This document shows, in pieces, positions 60,547 through 64,000 of a stretch of 64,000 bases of DNA. The translations under genes were made by a program, and so were the position numbers. The notes under the pieces are model-generated. The model searched no databases, was not told where the DNA came from, and saw only the letters and a list, made by a program, of their open reading frames with translations. Source of the stretch: a bacterium (GTDB lineage Bacteria; Margulisbacteria; Marinamargulisbacteria; GCA-2716485; JAYNIM01); assembly GCA_038109055.1 (NCBI GenBank), contig JAYNIM010000001.1:645081-709080 (forward strand), given 5' to 3'. Position 1 is the first letter of the stretch. Every line of letters begins with the position of its first letter.

Positions 60547-62577
60547 TTATTGTGCGATGGCTTCACGTACCTTAGGCAACTCCACCGAAACAGTAGTCCC
60601 AGCACCCTCAGCAGAAATAATTCGAATCTGCCCCCCGTGTTTTTGAACAATCTTCTGGCAAAGCGATAAACCAAAGCCTGACGACATGTATTTGCCTTCG
60701 CCATCTAGCCAGGATTTTGCAAGGTGTTTGTGTGCGTCTGAGAACCCAGGGCCTTTGTCTATGATGTGGATCGTGGTTAGTGTTTCGGTCTCTTCCGCTT
60801 CTACTACAATGTCCTCCGGCTTATCGAGAAACTTAATCGCATTTTCGATGAGATTCACAATGACGATTTTAAGTAATGCATTATCGCCGAAAAGCAAAAA
60901 ATCCGATTTAAAATTAGCTCGCAGGTTAATCGATTTTTCTTCAAGCTTGGTGCGTAATGGAACGGAAACTTCCCTGATCAAATCGTTGAGTAAAATTGGG
61001 GCCGTTTCGACGTCTTCAACCTTATCCACCATTTCCGAACTCAAATGTTTGCGACTGAACTTGTGTAGTTTACCCATTTCGATCAAGACTTCTTGAAGCA
61101 TTTCTTTTTCCTCATCGGTTAGGTGTTGTTTTGAGGCTAAATTGGCCACGGTATATTCAAGACCAACGGATGTGTTTTTTAACTCATGGATGATCTCGGA
61201 GGTGACCTGTTTGGCCTTGTTGAGCTGATAAAATCGAACGAGCATCGATGCGGTTAGCGTTGCTATTGTTGTAAAAAAGCGGGTATCGTCGGCCGTGTAG
61301 GGTTTCAGTGTCCGTTTTTCATTTACCAATATCCATCCAAAAAGCTGCCCTTTTGCTTCGAGTTTATGAATGAGTTGATAGGTTAACAGCAAATCAGATG
61401 GCGCGTTCAGTTTTGCAATATGTTTTACGGTGACAAGGTTTGGAAGTTGCGTTAATTCCTGGATAAACGATTCGGGGAGATCTTGTTTTTCAGAGTTTTC
61501 CTTATGGTAAAAACCTTGGCTGTCCTTTAAATATACCTGCACGTCGGTGGCATATAAGGCGCTTTTTAACGTTTTTTGAAGCAAGTCTCGTAATTCTTCG
61601 AGATTTCCACACGCTTCACCTTCGGTTAAAAATGTTGCCGCTTCTTTTTCTAAAGCTACTTTTCGTCGCAAGGTAAAATCTCGTATCTTGGGGAATACAG
61701 ACTGGTTTAAAAAATAAAAATACAACACCGATAATCCGCCCCAAGCCATAAGACCGACACGGATTTTCCAAGGGGTGCTGATGTCTTCGATGTTTGTCAC
61801 CAATGGTATTGTGACAATAGGCGCGGTAAATACAACGAAGCTCAATAACCAAAACAAAGTATAGTGAATGGCCGTTTTTACATCAAAGGCTTGGTAACGA
61901 ATCACTCCCAAACCGATAAAGGCCAAAATCGTGAGCATACCCACTTCGGCAGCACTGATATGATAACCAAAATATGACAGCACTAAACCGGGAAAAATGG
62001 TGATCAACCCACCGATCCATACGCCAGGAATAACCGATCGAATTTGATTTTTTATCAGTGGGTTTTCGGCGTATCGAAACTTTAAAACAAAGGTCGTGAT
62101 CGAACCTATCATCATTAAAAACGTGTTTGCGGTAAAAATGAGATACCCTTGATTTCTTACCTTAACCAGTTTGCCACCCTCGATTAAAAAATCATCAAAA
62201 AAGAATCCAAGATCCGTTAACCCTTTAAAAGCCAAAAAAGTAGCAGGCAAGTAGATTAAAAATACCTGCCATTTTTTGAGCCATTTTGGATATCCAGCGG
62301 GAAAGGCTAAGCACAAATGCATACCCACGGTCGCAATGAATGAACTGAAAAATAAATTGAGATTTAAGATGGGATGCGAAACGGTGCCATATAACCAGGC
62401 GATAAGTTTTGAGCCCCCATCACCGATACAACGCCCAGTGATGACGAGGCAAAACATAAAAAACAAAAAATTAGCCGGTTTTTCATGGTCGTGAAGTGCG
62501 ACATAAACCCCAAAAGAGATGGCTAAAACTCCGGTTAATAATTCAGCTAACCCAGGGAAAAATAGGCTGCTAAGCAT
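60547..62577 (-). CDS. Sensor histidine kinase with N-terminal multi-TM (HisKA_7TM-like) and GAF-like domains
   Basis: IIHELKN, NLIENAIKF, DKGPG, GFGL; ATG 62577 overlaps esterase stop. Confidence 0.9.
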   Translation of the reverse strand: MLSSLFFPGLAELLTGVLAISFGVYVALHDHEKPANFLFFMFCLVITGRCIGDGGSKLIAWLYGTVSHPILNLNLFFSSFIATVGMHLCLAFPAGYPKWLKKWQVFLIYLPATFLAFKGLTDLGFFFDDFLIEGGKLVKVRNQGYLIFTANTFLMMIGSITTFVLKFRYAENPLIKNQIRSVIPGVWIGGLITIFPGLVLSYFGYHISAAEVGMLTILAFIGLGVIRYQAFDVKTAIHYTLFWLLSFVVFTAPIVTIPLVTNIEDISTPWKIRVGLMAWGGLSVLYFYFLNQSVFPKIRDFTLRRKVALEKEAATFLTEGEACGNLEELRDLLQKTLKSALYATDVQVYLKDSQGFYHKENSEKQDLPESFIQELTQLPNLVTVKHIAKLNAPSDLLLTYQLIHKLEAKGQLFGWILVNEKRTLKPYTADDTRFFTTIATLTASMLVRFYQLNKAKQVTSEIIHELKNTSVGLEYTVANLASKQHLTDEEKEMLQEVLIEMGKLHKFSRKHLSSEMVDKVEDVETAPILLNDLIREVSVPLRTKLEEKSINLRANFKSDFLLFGDNALLKIVIVNLIENAIKFLDKPEDIVVEAEETETLTTIHIIDKGPGFSDAHKHLAKSWLDGEGKYMSSGFGLSLCQKIVQKHGGQIRIISAEGAGTTVSVELPKVREAIAQ

Positions 62578-63445
62578 CTTTCGCCGAACCCTCACAAAAT
62601 GCGACGATAGATTGGATGGCTTGGTGACGAGAGGTTGTGTCAGGGTTTTGCAGGTCGGAAATCATAGAATGTGGTGCGCTTTGGTATTTTTTAAAAATGG
62701 TTTTAGATTTGTTTTCTTCCTTTATTTGATCGTAAAACGATAGTGCTTTTTGACGATCAATCACTTCATCTGCGTCAGATATCAATAGATGGGTGGGAAT
62801 TTTGATCTCTTTTGCCTTTGGGAAAATAATGTCGGCCAGATTTAACAGTTCAACCAGGCTTCCCAATGGATATTGCAGTTGTTTGATGGTGCCGGATTTA
62901 AACCGCCGTTCTGACGGGTGAGTTAATATCTTCCGGTTTAATCTGTCCCTAAAAAATCTGATTGTCCCTAGGAATTGAAACAATCGAAGTAATTTGTGCT
63001 TTTTTTGGATGCCGAAAAATGGTGAAACTAGGGTTAGGGATTGGGTTTTGAATTGGGTGGAAAGGTAAGTAGCAACCAAAGCCCCGGCAGAGAAGCCGAC
63101 TAAGTGAATGGGATGATCAATGTTCACCGTGTTGATAAATTTTATCGCGTCGTTTAGATAGTCCTCAAACTGACAAATTAACGGTAATTTAGTGTAATTC
63201 CTAGTTTGGTCGGCGTCTTCAAAATCGTGGTTTGCTAATCGGAGCGCGAATACATTGAATCCTTTTTGGGATAATTGCTCTGCCAATGGCGAAAATTGCC
63301 ATGGACCGGCAATAAACCCGTGCAAACATAAAACGGTTCCTTTTGCCTTGGTTTTTGCAGGCAAAAAAAATAGCTGTTCTTCCTTTGGCAAGTTTTCGAA
63401 TTGTTTTATGTATTCAGTGAACGGTTTAGAAATCGTTTGAGTCAT
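62570..63445 (-). CDS. Alpha/beta hydrolase (carboxylesterase/monoacylglycerol lipase-like)
   Basis: LHGF, GFSAG nucleophile, DEVID, PH. Confidence 0.9.
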   Translation of the reverse strand: MTQTISKPFTEYIKQFENLPKEEQLFFLPAKTKAKGTVLCLHGFIAGPWQFSPLAEQLSQKGFNVFALRLANHDFEDADQTRNYTKLPLICQFEDYLNDAIKFINTVNIDHPIHLVGFSAGALVATYLSTQFKTQSLTLVSPFFGIQKKHKLLRLFQFLGTIRFFRDRLNRKILTHPSERRFKSGTIKQLQYPLGSLVELLNLADIIFPKAKEIKIPTHLLISDADEVIDRQKALSFYDQIKEENKSKTIFKKYQSAPHSMISDLQNPDTTSRHQAIQSIVAFCEGSAKDA

Positions 63446-64000
63446 GTCTGGGTGGGCTCCAGTTTTCGAAGTTCGGCGTTTCCGAAAATGGTTAGAGATT
63501 TGAATGTTTCTGGAGGGACCTGTTTGAAGGCCGTTTCTAAAATGGTGAGCGTATCGCCGTGGGATACGAGCAAAATAGTCTTGTTTGTATATGTCTCTTC
63601 GAGGGCTTCGATGAGAGACGTTGTACGAACCAACACTTCGACGACGCTTTCAACATGGTTAGTTTTATGGGTTGGATCGGTTTTGTCGCGTTCCCAGGTT
63701 AAGTCTAGGTTGTCAGTAGATGTTCCGTTATAATCGCCGAAACTTCTATCTCTTAAACGTAGGTCTTTTTGAATCTTTTTTGGGTTGATGCCACATGCTT
63801 TGGCGACGATTTCGGCGGTTTGGTAGGCTCGGGCGTAATCTGATGAGACGATGATAAAGTTTAATCCCAGGCGTTCTTTTATTTTTTGTCCGGCTTGTTG
63901 GGCTTGAGTTTTTCCTAAGTCGGTAAGTGGGACGTTTTTGTGTTTTTGGAACTCGCTGCCGATGGTGTGTTCGAGGTTGGCTTGGCTTTGGCCGTGGCGG
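63442..64000 (-). CDS. Histidine phosphatase (phosphoglycerate-mutase family), 5'-truncated
   Basis: Own translation from window end: RHGQSQAN...LTDLGK.QA...SSDYARAYQTA...VSHGD. Confidence 0.92.
   Translation of the reverse strand, partial: RHGQSQANLEHTIGSEFQKHKNVPLTDLGKTQAQQAGQKIKERLGLNFIIVSSDYARAYQTAEIVAKACGINPKKIQKDLRLRDRSFGDYNGTSTDNLDLTWERDKTDPTHKTNHVESVVEVLVRTTSLIEALEETYTNKTILLVSHGDTLTILETAFKQVPPETFKSLTIFGNAELRKLEPTQT

Larger units (their letters stand above)
58969..64000. mobile_element. End of a probable tRNA-integrated genomic island, continuing past the window
   Basis: att-like fragment, defence genes, MGE-type small gene, apparently higher GC; no integrase in window. Confidence 0.55.

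Noticed and set aside
491..63733. Short antisense or alternate-frame ORFs in the track (e.g. 5063..5476, 23763..24083, 60686..61096)
   Set aside because: They lie inside well-supported genes and show no recognisable motifs

Overview
This is a bacterial chromosome segment of roughly 35-40% GC (judged by eye) from a diderm organism. The lineage cannot be fixed from the sequence; Ca. Margulisbacteria is only a guess. 1-38 kb is compact core genome: sdhCAB-gmhA, fumC, a histidine kinase/receiver pair, a ubiquitin-like MoaD with MoeB-rhodanese and rhodanese, mdh, a ClC transporter, a porin plus Tro/Mnt ABC operon, an RhlE-like helicase, TIGR03545/6, an M.NlaIII-like orphan methylase, a YejM-like sulfatase, pabB/pabA, an amidoligase-like orphan and an MFS. 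Many genes here appear leaderless and five convergent pairs have interlocked stop codons. 38-59 kb is an accessory, decaying zone: a large ankyrin protein, a MATE remnant, a persulfide-detox operon with a CsoR/CstR-type operator, a thioester-less alpha-2-macroglobulin/PBP1C module bracketed by 29-bp direct repeats, and pseudogenes. At 58.7-59.0 kb two identical 137-bp repeats ending in tRNA-Ser-like 3' ends abut a tRNA-Ser 3' fragment, a probable att site. Beyond it lies a probable integrated element. It carries the best novelty candidates: a ThsB-like TIR gene coupled to a frameshifted SLATT/DUF4231 gene (Thoeris-like pair with a non-canonical effector), a small acidic protein behind a long Frpo-like stem-loop, and a phosphatase-esterase-7TM kinase operon cut by the window edge. 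All family calls come from motif recognition; no searches were run.
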